A DNA stretch of 64,000 bases, taken from assembly GCA_010909165.1 (NCBI GenBank), contig MU008155.1, forward strand, positions 1,178,001 to 1,242,000, given 5' to 3'. Made by a program: the position numbers and the translations under genes. The stretch comes from Anthoceros angustus (Eukaryota > Plantae > Anthocerotophyta). Numbering within the stretch: the stretch's first letter is position 1; every line of letters begins with the position of its first letter. The notes below the pieces were generated by a model. That model did no database searches. It worked only from the letters and a program-made list of their open reading frames with translations, and was not told the origin of the DNA. Of this stretch, positions 24,280 through 37,400 are shown in pieces.

Positions 24280-24975
24280 ATTGACTTACCTTGGAGAGAA
24301 CTAGTGGACGCATGGACTCGCGAAATGCCGTCCCTTCTGACAAACGTTCAAACATATGAGGAGTGAAATGTGCAGGGAGGTATAAACAGTGCATGCCGGC
24401 GCCTCCACTACTTATATCTTCTACAAACGGTAGAAACAAGTGACTTACCTTGGACAGAAATAGGTGACACATGGACCCGCGAAATGCCGTCCCATCTGAC
24501 AAACGTTCAAACATATGAGGAGTGAGCGTAGAGGCGGTGTAAGCGGTGGGCAGGCATGCCGGGCGCCTCACTACTTATATCTTCTACAAACGGTAGAAAC
24601 AAGGACTTACCTTGGGCGACTAGGGGACATATGGACCCCAAATGCCGTCCCATCCGACAAACGCTCAAACATATGAGGAGTGAATCAGGCGGTGTAAGCA
24701 GTGGGCGCGGCATGACTCAACATTTTGCCATACAAACGGTAGAAACAAGGACTTACCTTGGGCGAACTAGGGGACATATGGACCCCAAATGCCGTCCCAT
24801 CCGACAAACGCGTTCAAACATATGAGGAGTGAAATGTGCGGAGGTATAAACGGTAGAAACAAGGGCCGGCATGACTCACTTATTTACTTGCCATACAAAC
24901 GGTAGAAACAAGGGACTTACCTTGGACATAACTAGGGGACACATGGACCCCAAATGCCGTCCCATCCGACAAATG
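24280..24975 (-). repeat. ~145-165-bp minisatellite x5, each unit exon-like plus intron-like
   Basis: gacttaccttgg (ccaag|gtaagtc on the minus strand) at ~24283, 24442, 24604, 24750, 24914. Confidence 0.85.
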
Positions 24976-26204
24976 TTTAGCTTTATAGATCATAGTGTTC
25001 AATAATTGGCTTATAAGTTGTTCAAGAATGGCGGCTTATGCGCCTACCGTCGCTCACGAAAGTCCCCACAAACACACTTGGCTCTCAACGCATCTTTGGT
25101 GGTACACCTTGCAATCAATTGACATTGAACTAGCCATATTGCAAGCTCATACTCCTTTTCAGTTGTCAAGATTGTCCCGCCTTTCTTCTTTGATTTCACC
25201 TTTCACTCACTCATTCTTGCAACGTGCCTTTGGAGATCTTGAACTCTTTGGCTGCTTATTTGCAGCTCATGCCATATCGAATGGCATCAGAAGCTTCTCT
25301 CAATGTGAACATGGTCCACCCACCTTTTTTCTTGAGATTGGTCCTTGGAACTCTCGTTTTCACTGCAAAATTCCTTGATCCAATGCAAAGGTACTGACTC
25401 TTTGCCTCGCTGCTGTTTTGAGTGGTTTTGTGCTTGAGGTTGTTAGACCGGTGGAGTCTCCGATGTTTGATGAAGATCGGTGCTCGGGGCCTTGGTTGTT
25501 TGCTCAAATTTGCCACACCATCACACAAACTTGTAGTTAGAGAGCGTGGTTCGTTGAAAGTAAAGTGCTACTTATAATATGATAGAGCAAACATTGAAGC
25601 ATTTAATTGCCTCGTTATTGTCCTCATCTCCTGCAATTCATGCGGCAGTATAGATGGCTGGTGGGGGAGCTTTGCCCAATGGTTTTTTCAAAGATACAGC
25701 AGGAGTGTATATCCAAGGCCTGATACACGGCATGCAAGCAATAACAATGCGTAGCTCGCAAGTAGACTTGTTCAAGAAATCAAATGCAAGTGCACAAGAA
25801 GGGATGAGGCAAGTGCAATGGAATGCAGGGAATACCTCGCGGCATAAATAATGGTTAAACCTAACAAATGCAGTTCCACCTCTAGCTTTTAGACTCTCTT
25901 GTGCATGCTTGTGGTTGTGTAGGCCTTGGGGAGCAAAGTGCCATTAAAAGAGTGAGGAGTCACCGCATGTGATCAACACTTGTGAATTTCGACAAGAAGA
26001 GTCTTTTTCCGCCTAAAAGTTTGAATTTGAGCACTCTAAAGGCATTAAGGCACCGAGTCCCTGTTTCCATCTTCCGAAATCATGCAATGCAATTCTTGGT
26101 TGCATACCTGTGTGTGTTTTGTACTTGTCGAGTCCCACCTTCTTCATGGATTAGTGCTAAAAGAGAAAGCAGTTGGCAAGGAACAAAAGTCTCGGTGAGT
26201 GAGA

Positions 26205-26900
26205 TTGACTTACCTTGGAGAACTAGGGGACACATGGACACGCGAAATGCCGTCCCATCGACAAAGCGTTCAAACATATGAGGAGTGAAATGTGCGGAGG
26301 TATAAGCGTGCATCTGCGCCTCACTACTTATATCTTCTACAAACGGTAGAAACAAGGGACTTACCTTGGGCGGAACTAGGGGACACATGGACCCATGATC
26401 AGTCCCATCCGACAAGCGTTCAAACATATGAGGAGTGGTATGTGGGGCGGTGTAAGCAGTGAGGCGCGGCATGACTCCACTGCTTACACTTGCCATACAA
26501 ACGGTAGAAACAAGGGACTTACCTTGGAGAACTAGGGGACATATGGACCCGCGAAATGCCGTCCCATCGACAAGCGTTCAAACATATGAGGATGTAGGGG
26601 CGGTGTAAGCAGTGAGGCGCGGCATGACTCCACTGTTTACACCTGCCGTACAAACGGTAGAAACAAGGGACTTACCTTGGACAGAACTAGGGGACATATG
26701 GACCCGCGAAATGCCGTCCCATCTGACAAACGTTCAAACATATGAGGAGTGAACTGTGTAGGGCAGGTGTAAACAGTGGAGGCGCCGGCATGACTCCACT
26801 GTTTACACTTGCCATACAAACGGTAGAAACAAGGGACTTACCTTGGACATAACTAGGGGACACATGGACACGCGAAATGCCGTCCCATCTGACAAATGTT
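26205..26900 (-). repeat. Second copy of the ~150-165-bp minisatellite x5
   Basis: gacttaccttgg at ~26207, 26358, 26516, 26669, 26834. Confidence 0.85.
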
Positions 26901-28560
26901 TAGCTTTATAGATCATAGTGTTCAATAATTGGCTTATAAGTTGTTCAGTAACTGGCTTATGCGCTCGGCTGGTCCGTCAGTGAAAGTCCGCCCACAAACA
27001 CACTTGGCTCTCAACGCATCTTTGGTGGTACACCTTGCAATCAATTGACATTGAACTAGCCATATTGCAAGCTCATACTCCTTTTCAGTTGTCAAGATTG
27101 TCCCGCCTTTCTTCTTTGATTTCACCTTTCACTCACTCATTCTTGCAACGTGCCTTTGGAGATCTTGAACTCTTTGGCTGCTTATTTGCGCTCATGCCAT
27201 ATCGAATGGCATCGAAGCTTCTCTCAATGTGAACATGGTCCACCCACCTTTTTCTTGAGATTGGTCCTTGGAACTCTCGTTTTCACTGCAAAATTCCTTG
27301 ATCCAATGCAAAGGTACTGACTCTTTGCCTCGCTGCTGTTTTGAGTGGTTTTGTGCTTGAGGTTGTTAGACCGGTGGAGTCTCCGATGTTTGATGAAGAT
27401 CGGTGCTCGGGGCCTTGGTTGTTTGCTCAAATTTGCCACACCATCACACAAACTTGTAGTTAGAGAGCTGTGGTTCTGACTGAAAAGTAAAGTGCTACTT
27501 ATAATATGATAGAGCAAACATTGAAGCATTTAATTGCCTGCCTCGTTATTGTCCTCATCTCCTGCAATTCATGCGGCAGTATAGATGGCTGGTGGGGGAG
27601 CTTTGCCCAATGGTTTTTTCAAAGATACAGCAGGAGTGTATATCCAAGGCCTGATACACGGCATGCAAGCAATAACAATGCGAGCTCAAGTAGACTTGTT
27701 CAAGAAATCAAATGCAAGTGCACAAGAAGGGATGAGGCAAGTGCAATGGAATGCAGGGAATACCTCGCGGCATAAATAATGGTTAAACCTAACAAATGCA
27801 GTTCCACCTCTAGCTTTTAGACTCTCTGCTGACTGCATGCTTGTGGTTGTGTAGGCCTTGGGGGAGCAAAGTGCCATTAAAAGAGTGAGGAGTCACTGCA
27901 TGTGATCAACACTTGTGAATTTCGACAGCAAGAGTCTTTTTCCGCCTAAAAAGTTTGAATTTGAGCACTCTAAAGGCATTAAGGCACTGACCAAACACCA
28001 CCAATCCCTTAGTACACTGTGAGTACATACACCTAGAATAAGAGTTTGCTGCAGTCCTTTTCAATTAGCTCTTAATGGAGAATTCGCCAGAACCCGATTC
28101 AACTTCTCTAGGTCAGAGGGTCAGAAACGTAAGTAAAAACTAAACAAATGGATAAAATATTACAAACTGTCCTGTTATTGCATTAAGAAACAAGTATTCA
28201 CATGGAGGGCCCGTCCATAAGCCTCTATTTTACTCTGCGTACTTAATAGAAAATGAAGACTTTATGTAAGAAAAAAAGATTGAGAGGTGATATATCTCAC
28301 TAACGACCTCACCCGTCGCTCTCGCCCAGCTTGTGGAGATTCAGAACCTGTAGGTATTTACATACATAAAATAGCTATAAAATCAATTCGATGTTCTAAC
28401 AGCAGAACCAAGAAAGCTAGGTATGTACAAACGGTGCATAGTTACCGCTTGACCTAGGCCCTGCAGAATTAGAGTACCTGCTGTTGCATCCCTATAGCCG
28501 TCGTGGACGGTCACAGAGCGAAGCGCCGCGGAATCGACTACAGGCTAGGCTTCGTGCGCA

Positions 28561-29324
28561 ATGGTAAGGTTGCCCATGCACGGTTTTCATGTATTGCAGC
28601 AACTTTGAGGCGCCGCTTGTGCGCGTGCGTCTTGCCTGGGATCAGACTTAGGCGAAAACCTCGGGCCAGCTCCTCACGTCTGATCCTATTTGACAGCTTA
28701 GCTCATAGCAGGCTTTCCTCTGAGAGCGCTACTAGCTGATGGGAGCTGGTTTGGTAGATTGTGAGCTGAGTAGCAGGTAGAGGACTGAGTAGGGCTTGTT
28801 TTTGACTGCAGGGTAAGGGTACTGGGAGCTTCGGGAAGAGGAGGAACAAGTCTCACACTTTGTGCAGGCGATGTGGCCGTCGCAGTTTCCACATCCAGAA
28901 GGCCAGATGCTCAGCATGTGCCTACCCTGCCAAGCGCATCAGGAAGTGTAAGAATCGGGGGTTGTGCTTGTTGCAGCCAGCTAGTGACTCTTTAGGGTTT
29001 CCTGCTGACAAGTCTTTTGGGGGGCTGGCAGATAACTGGAGCGTGAAGGCTATCCGGAGGAAGACAACAGGAACCGGTCGCATGCGTCATTTGAGACACC
29101 TTCCGAGGCTCTTCAAGAATGGATTCAGAGAAGGTTCGTATTCAGGCTTGGAATGGCCAGCATGGAATTTGGACTCTTTTTTTCTTTGTTTGCCTCATGT
29201 TTGGTCATCTGTGGTTTTTTCTTCGTTTGGACATTTGTGGTTTTTTCTTCATTTGCTCATCTGTGGTTTTCTCCCATCAGGAACTCAGGCACCGCCAAGG
29301 AAGGGAGTTGCTGCTACTTCATAG
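28561..29324 (+). CDS. RPL37: 60S ribosomal protein L37 (eL37); exons 28561-28563, 28812-28947, 29032-29133, 29281-29324
   Basis: Spliced [67 protein letters not shown]...[21 protein letters not shown]; ATG-only first exon. Confidence 0.97.
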
Positions 29325-30421
29325 TTAGCGAGCGTAGCTTGTAGGTCCCGAAGACGTCTTCGACGTGCAATTATTGGCATCTGTTGTGATCACTGCTAGC
29401 ATTTTGACATGGTTTTGTGAAAGGAGGAAGAAGTCTTTGAGCTTCGGTTGGTGCAAGTTTACACCTGTTGTGGTAATAATGTCATGTTCCGATGGCTTGA
29501 GCCACAAAACACGGACTACCCCAGGGTCAGCGAACCTCACCATCTACTCAATTCTCCATACAGGGCAACTGTTCGGTGAAGCCGTCATTCGTTGGCAATT
29601 TCATCAGCGTTGCTCATCTCAAGGGTGTCCCTGAGTAAAAGCCATCCTCTTCTGAGCTGTTCCGACAGTTTGTGCGGGTAGTATGTATACTGCTTTCCGG
29701 AAGCCTCATCAGGGACGTCGATTATCCCAGATGGAAGAGCTATAATTCGGCCACGCAATCTTTTTCCCGAGAGAAGGTTATCGGCTTTAAAATTGAATCA
29801 AGTCTAAGGCGGAAAGGAAAAGTCGACTTCTTTCCGCCTTTCATTGACGAATCACAGCAGACTCTGGCATTGATTGGCCATGCGGCTCACGCTGGCGAGT
29901 GAGGCTTAGGGGCTGCGTTCACACCATGGTAGTGCTGTAAAGGTACTCTTTTTTTCTTCCACATAGCAGTGGTATGTGATATGTGCACTTATGAGAGCTA
30001 TTTATTGAAACTAAGACCGGATTCGTGCAACCTTGCATAATTCCCACATGCAATATCAACAATCTTCACTAAAAAACTTGTCCATCATAGGTTGTGTTTG
30101 GTTTCAAGACATAAGTATTGGTATATATTATTAAAGTCTCATAGGTTGTGTAAAGTTCGAGGAGAGCAGCATGGTCATGTGTATTATTAGAATCTTTCTT
30201 ATACAATCTAGTGAAAGCTTTCCAAACATATCATACAAATATATTATTTATATTATAAATATATACATATATTTATAATATCCATAATCACATATATACA
30301 TTACTAGTATTTTAAACATAAATTAAAAATATATATAATTTATATTATATATCTATACACATATTTTTATATCTATAATCACATATGTACATTACTAGTA
30401 GTTTAAACATGAATTTTAGTC

Positions 30422-32048
30422 TTACGAGACAAATATTATTTGTCCAGGTTGAGACCAATGACAAATGCTGAATGCACCAGGCTTGCTGTTGAATATCCTC
30501 AAGGCTACATGTTTCGGACTCCACTTACTTGTATCTGTGTGACATACTGCTATATTGGTAATGGTAAACTCGGGCTTTGCGATGGACTGCAACGTAACTG
30601 CGTACAACTTGTCTGTAGGACTTGAGTGACAAAATGCAATAAGAAATGGGAAGACTGCAGGATGACAAATTCCATGTTTGGACCCCAAACCAGCCTTTAG
30701 TTCCACCTTTACTACTTTGAAAGCTCCATTGTTGATACTTTTGTCATTTGGTTCAAGAGATGTACTTGCTAGTGGTGTAATTGTGTTTGGATTACTTGGC
30801 TTTGAAAACACAAGGTCAAAAAAGTCAGCCATGTCTTCTAGCGATGTGATGCATCCTTTGAATTCTCCATGAGCCTTCCAGATTCTGTGATGTTGACAAA
30901 GTTGTGCGGTTGTTTTCATAGACTTAGCCATGTAGGACTTATTAGAGATATGCAATTCCTCTAGAAAGTGAGGAATGTTCCTCTCTTCAATGGATCCAAA
31001 GGCTTGAGTCAAGATGCGAGGAAGAAATGTTTTTGGATAGGCACTTTGTTTTAAAGTAGAAAACCTCCAAGCCGGCACTTCATGTATGTTGTAAACACCG
31101 CTATTAGGAACCAGATCAGATTCACGAAACCAAAAGGATCGTGCTCCTTCATCTTTTGCTGTCAATTCTGTATCAAGAATTTTTTTCTCGGATGAACTCA
31201 TATCTATATCCATAAGGTTCATATCATTCATTTCCATGATATCTTCTTCATTTGTTACCTTGATATTATCATTTTTCGTCTGCATGATATTATCATTGTT
31301 TATCTCTACCTCATCAACATGATTCATTTCCATAATATCCATTTCCATGTTCATATCCATGAAGTTGACGTCTTCAAACATGTTCATATTCATCATGTCA
31401 TCCATATCCATCATCATGAACATGAACATCATCATATCCATGTCCATATTCATCATCATTTCCATCATATCAAGAGGCATTATTTCGGGTCCCATATCTA
31501 ACATCAACATCATCATGAAATTGCTCTCCGAAATTCGTTCACTTGGAACATTCATATTGTCCAACTTATTGCACATGGAGTTTGTCGATGAGCAAAAAAG
31601 AGCAGCAAGTGTTTTATTATTCAATAAAGCCTTGGCTTCAATCAAGCTCTTGAAGTCTTGAACTTCATTTTCGCTCAGATGTGATGCTAAGTATTGCCAA
31701 GCTTGTGGAATATTAGTCCTCATTTTCTCCTTCCAATAGCTTAACACACTCGGGTTGATACCATTGTTCATTGATTTGCTAATTGGCACATCTAAAAGTC
31801 GCCGAGCGGTATATGGTTGAGTCTTTATGGAAAGACATTGAATTGTGAAATTCGCCTAGAAAATGACGAGACAGATTTTAAGCTATATTCTTTTGATGAT
31901 GAAGACAATCCAACATAGGAAAACATACAGAAAACAATGTAGCAAATGAACATGCATGCATGAACCAAACACAGCACATGAACATGACACAACTAATACT
32001 CACCAAAATCAACCAAAGCATTAAAAAATGCCCTTTATTGGTAGCCAT
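30422..32048 (-). CDS. Secreted BURP-domain protein (PG1beta-like N-terminus) with Met/Asp-rich central tract, ~492 aa; exons 32048-32004 and 31855-30422
   Basis: Splicing gives a signal-peptide-like MATNKGHFLMLWLILANFTIQCLS followed by ARRLL. BURP start FWFRESDL; GEFKGCITSLEDMADF; exact CH-x10-CH-x27-CH-x25-CH-x8-F spacing (CHPAVFPFLIAFCH...AVCHTDTSKWSPKHVAL...KPGAFSICHW). Confidence 0.88.
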
Positions 32049-32822
32049 GATTCGTAGAATGAAAACTCACTATCAAAACATAAAATATATAATATTAGCA
32101 AACTGTATATCACAAAAGAAATTCATACGATATAAATAATCTATACATGAAAGTACAAAAGTAACGAGACGAGAAACTATTGAGACATTTGAAACATGGA
32201 GTGAACAATAGTAAAGCTTGTTTACTACTAAGAGAGTATAAAACAAGACAAGCATCTATCTAATGACACCATACATTGTTCAAACATTTCAAACATCTAA
32301 GAACCAATAGGCAAAGTTGTGTACCTGTAAGAAAGTGACAAGCTCTGAATTATGAACCCACAAGTTTTCAATCAAGAAGTCATACACTATAAGAAGATTT
32401 TCAAATGCAATGGTTTTCTAGTGTTAACAATTTTCATTTTATAGTGGTTGACAATCAAACTCGACAAATGCATGTGACACCATCAAGTCGTTGATAATTA
32501 AACAAAGACAAATGCATCTCACAACATATTCTGAATTACGCATGGTATTAAATTCTGGATGACACATGCCATTGTGCTATATGAGTTTACAAGAATATCA
32601 TGCTTACAAGAATAGTCATATGAAAAAAAATCTAAATTATATATTAAATTATGGTAAAGATATAATATTGACATATACCAAATATTAAATAATATTTTAT
32701 GTAGATATTTAGAAAAAATCATTTTTCTTGGTAGTTGAACATAAATGTTAATAGTGTGATGATGACTCAAGCTAATGATATGGAACACCTGATGGTGAAT
32801 CTCGTCACATGGAGCATATCAC

Positions 32823-33192
32823 AGTTGACTTTAATTTTAAAAATTATCTTCATGTACTTTGATACTACAAACGATTAAAGTATGTCAACCAATTATTAAA
32901 ATAGTTGACTTGTAAAATATTTAATATTTTTAATTAAATAACTAAGAATTATAATTATTGAATTTTGATTAGATACAAAACAGCTCACTAAAAAGGCCAC
33001 GCTCAGGGCATATTAGAGTTGACTTTAATTTAAATACTTATCTTCATATATTTTGATACTACAAATGATTAAAGTATGTCAACCAATTATTAAAATAGTT
33101 GACTTATAAAATATATAATATTTTTAATTAAAAAACTAAGAATTATACTTATTGAATTTTGATTAGATACAAAACAACTCAGTAGAAAGGCC
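32823..33192. repeat. AT-rich ~195-bp direct repeat x2 upstream of the BURP gene
   Basis: agttgactttaattt...gattaaagtatgtcaaccaattattaaaatagttgactt...gattagatacaaaaca occurs twice. Confidence 0.85.
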
Positions 33193-34478
33193 CTCCTGAC
33201 CTTTTTAGGGAATAGAATGCTAAGATTTTTTGTACCAGAGTATTTCCAAAAAAGGATTAAAAGTCTTCAGCCTAACAATGATTAAACCTCAAGAATTTTA
33301 TTTTGATTCAAAAGTTCCTAAGATCATGAAAACTTGAGGTATTTATGTAGAGGTAAAAAAAAGTACTATATAAGATTCCATATAGTATCAAATAAGTACT
33401 CTCCTATCATTGTGTTTGGATGATGTTGATATGGTATGATCACTTAAAAAACTATCTGTATTAGAATAGATTGAATTAATTTATGTAGTTTGGAAACCAT
33501 CTTGTTTCTTCTTTTTTGGTGTGTTGGGACCTTGTTCATACCGTTTCTCCGGTCACATACCGTTCTTTTGGTCGGGTGCACCAGAGTCACCTCTGCTTTT
33601 GTTCTTGCTTACCATATGCTTTGTGCGATCTTGGGGGTTTCTTCCCCAATGGTTAGATAGCCTATATTGTGCTGGCTATGGACCCACCTATGTGTTCTTA
33701 GGGAGTTTGTTCCCGAATCGTTAGAATTGTTAGATAGTTTATGTTTAATAACGGATGTTTTTTATAAAGTATAATATTCTTTAAAAAAATAATAAAATGG
33801 TAAAAATAAATAAAATAATTTTAACATGAAATTTACATTCATTATCTATCCGTGTATGTCAATTTTAGAAAAAAAATAATTTAATTTTTATAGAGGAGAA
33901 AACATTAATGGAAAAAGCTATTCGCGTCTTGGTATCACTTTCAGCATGACTTTCCCTTACCCTGCTCTCAAATTTCACATATTGGTGAATGATTTCCAGT
34001 TTCTTCCCAATAGGCAAAGGAACGACTAGAGGGAATGATGATTCTAGTTTCTTCGCAACAGGCAAAGGAAGGAAAAGAGGGAAGACGATGCTGGGAGCGC
34101 GGGTATCTTCCAGTGAGGACCGAGCCGATGGCCGACTCGGGCCCCGATGCAACATCATGGCCATCAAGTGACTATGAGCGCAGCGCAGTGAGGGAGCAAA
34201 GCAGTGTACTGTACGATCACCAGTCGGCCTTGATGGCGGCAGGTATTGACGTTCAGGCCGTTCCTTCACCAACCTCCGCCACCTCCAGCGCCTCCGCCGG
34301 AACCAAACTCCACCTAAAAAATCGATTAACGGTAACCAGATCATTAAACTAAGCCTCCGATGATGATCTCGCCGCCGAGTGCGGTTCTTATCAGCAGGTG
34401 CTTGGGACTCGTCGTCAGTCGCAGCTTCAGAATTGGGCCTCGGAAGAGTTGTGTCGTCGACTGGAGCCTGGTTCTACG

Positions 34479-37400
34479 ATGAAGCCGCGGATTGATGTGC
34501 AGCTGGTGGTGGAGCACAAGAAGAACGGCACGGTCCTGGCCACCACAGCTGTGGTGGTGGATCGAGCTTCTCCAGACGTCTTGTCGGAGTTGCGGCGGAA
34601 GTTGATTGAGAGCATGCCGGACCTGGTGCCGCGTGATCTTCGCACGCGGGTGGGCTTTAACGAGAGTGCGGTGAAGGTGGAGTACAGAGACCGGAATGGA
34701 CGGGACTCGGTTATCTCCAGCAGTGTCGCGCTCCAACAGGCGATTGGAGAGCGTGTCGGCCTCGGACACGCTCCCAAGCTCTGGGCTTCTTATCAGTCTC
34801 CGGCAGATGCAGCTCCGGATACGTGGAGGCGAGTCGCATCTGGGAGCGCCTCAGGAACCGGTGCTGAGGAGCAGCCGAGGCATGTCCCATGGCAACACCC
34901 GGAGAGTACTGCAGGCGGCTGGGGGAGTCACAAGAAGCCGGGCAGCTTTGGCGGGTCGACGTTTAGAAGCTCCGGCGCTGTGGCATCGACTCCGGCGCAC
35001 CGACAGCTTCAGTCAGAAGCGCAAAGGTTCCTCGGTCGGCGATCGGGAAGTGATGGTGGTGTGTTGAATGAACTAGGTGAGAGGCTTGTTTCTACCACCC
35101 ATTTTGTTTGGTCCTATTTGTGAAGAACATTCCGGAATGCCGTTTCTGGAATCTGCTTGACGTGGGCCTGTTTAAACAAGGTGCAGGGCTGTCGAAGGCC
35201 AGTGATGTGTCGAGCCTTTCTGTGAGCCAGCTCTGCTACTGGCTTGATGCCAAACTCCAGCACTCTGCAGCAAGGAACATTCAAGAGCTGAGCTCGGAAC
35301 AAAATCCCGACTTCAAGACTCTGGTCAGTCTGCTGGGAAGGACAAATTTGACAGCGTCCGCAATCCAAAAGATGGTGGAGCTGTTGTCGAAGGAGGACAT
35401 CCGAAGCTCCTTGATGCGCCAGAAGACTGATAAAATATATGGGCTTCTTCAGGGTTCGCCCTTTATGATGCAGCTTCAGTGGCACCTCCAAAGCCTGTAC
35501 AATCCAAAGGCAAACGAGTTGCATCCACATATCAAGCTTGTAGAGGAGATTCTGACTCGAACAGCAGATGGGTGGAAGGTTGTGCCCCTGGATGCTATTA
35601 AGCGGGTTATCGATGAGACTGTCGAGGATGCCAATTGCAAGTCTTCAGACAGGGACGCCTACGAGGCTCTGTTATCAGATGTGAATCGATTGATTCAGAT
35701 AAGAGACGCATCCAAGCGCACAAGAGCTGCCGGGAGAGGTGACGAATGTCGTCCGGTAAGCTTATCTTGTCGATCGTCACCTTATTTCCAGTACTTTCGT
35801 AGGATGCCAAACATCCTATGCTGATGTCTCTATTTGATGTCTACGCAGGGAGAAGAGTATCGTCACCTTCCTATCCTGCCCACCAAGTCCGACATGGTGG
35901 TCTCAGACATTCTACAAAAACCGCTTCCCATTAATAAAGTTGGCCGGGAGTACTCATCTGTCTTCGAGTACCTAGACACGAACTTCAAGCTTTTACGAGA
36001 AGATTACATTGAGCCTCTCAGAGAAAGAGTCAACGAATACCGGAACCACAATGTGCGCCAGCCTGGTGTTGACATGAGGTCCTCCTGGGCCAACCATGAT
36101 CAGGAGGGCATATATCTGAATGTTCGCTTTCATCCCGGCTTCAGGTTTGGCAGAGAATCCATCGAGTATCAGGTAAACCAGTCAGTGATTCTCGTTTGTT
36201 CACATGGTCTTGAGTTCCCAACTCATTGCTCACCAGTACCAACTTGGTAGTCTGAAACTCGTCATTTGTCAGGTGAACTTCAAAGATGTTGGCGGATACA
36301 CTTCGTGGGAAACATCCAAACGGTTTATGCTTGGTTCTTTACTATGTTTCTCAGAGGATGACTTCGCCACACATTTCTGGGGGCTGGTGGCCAGCCGTGA
36401 GGCGAGGGACCTTGCAAGGGGTGTCCTTATGATCCGCATTCTACCAAGCCCAGAAGCTTCAGAAAGCTTAGCAAGTACTGAAAGAACAACAGAGCAGGCA
36501 CGCTTCCCCTGGTTTGAACCAGGAAAGCGCTTTGTCATGGTAGAATCGCCCGCCTTTTTTGAATCATACTCGCACGTTCTCAAGAGCCTACAGACCGAGG
36601 ACCTGTGCGATCGGCTAGCTTTCGCCAAGCATTTGATTGACTTGAAGGATGAGGTTAGTCCACCTAGCTATTTAGCGAGAAGGCCTCAGAAAGGGGTGTA
36701 TAATTTCAGCAGCGTCTTTCCTCAGATGGTGAGTGACAGTGGCAGAGATTCGTTTGATGTACTCGGAACCTGGCCAGACTGGGAGATGGGTACTCTGGCT
36801 GAGAGCCAGAAAGAGGTTCTGAAGCATGGACTCACTAAGGAGCTTGCCCTCATTCAAGGACCTCCTGGGACTGGAAAGACCTTCGTGGGACTGTTGTTAG
36901 TCAGGATGCTGCTAGCGAATCTGAAGCAGCAAATAAGCGAGCCCTTAAGGAGAGGTGCAGCTGACGCTAGGCGTACTCTGCAAAACGTATCTGGCCCGAT
37001 TCTGGTGGTTTGCTACACAAACCACGCGCTGGACCAGTTCCTCGAAGGCATCTATGAGCATGAAAAAAGCTTGATTCGTCTAGGAGGGCAGAGCAAAAAT
37101 GACGAACTGAAGGTCAGAAGCCTGACTTACCTTGTGAGGGAGCAGAGGGAAAAACGAGCTTTGGATAACGACCTGCGTCGAGCCTTCAGAGAGGCTGTGG
37201 ATGCAGCTCAGCAAACAAAGGAAGAGATCGAAGGGAAATATGTGCCCTTTCTTAGCTTGGTAAGTCTGAGTCATCACTTGGTAACACATGCAGTTAATGC
37301 TTTCCTGTTTGGGACCACAGTCGATGTTCTTGACCATTGTGTCATCTCCTATCGCAGACGCTCGTGAACAAAAATGCTCTACATGAGATTGCATCTCCAC

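Larger units (their letters stand above)
24115..27988 (-). mobile_element. Tandem duplication (~1.94-kb unit x2) of a pogo/Tigger-like transposase relic (HTH-psq + CENP-B-type HTH)
   Basis: 24115-26050 is near-identical to 26055-27988. The minus strand reads, with frameshifts, WTMFTLREASDAIRYGMS...KEFKISKGTLQE...KKGGTILTTEKEYELAIWL, typical of pogo N-terminal DNA-binding domains. No DDE domain seen. Confidence 0.6.

Noticed and set aside
24280-26900. Regularly spaced repeats resembling a CRISPR array
   Set aside because: Whole units are homologous, with no unique spacers; eukaryotic context; no cas genes.
17790-29324. Functional clustering of ANKZF1 with RPL37 (both 60S-related)
   Set aside because: Separated by 8 kb of TE debris; no evidence beyond chance adjacency.
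31195-31520. Met-rich tract as a mere (CAT)n microsatellite, or the His/Ile-rich plus-strand ORFs
   Set aside because: The tract is in frame between a signal-peptide exon and an intact BURP domain; the plus-strand ORFs are its shadows.
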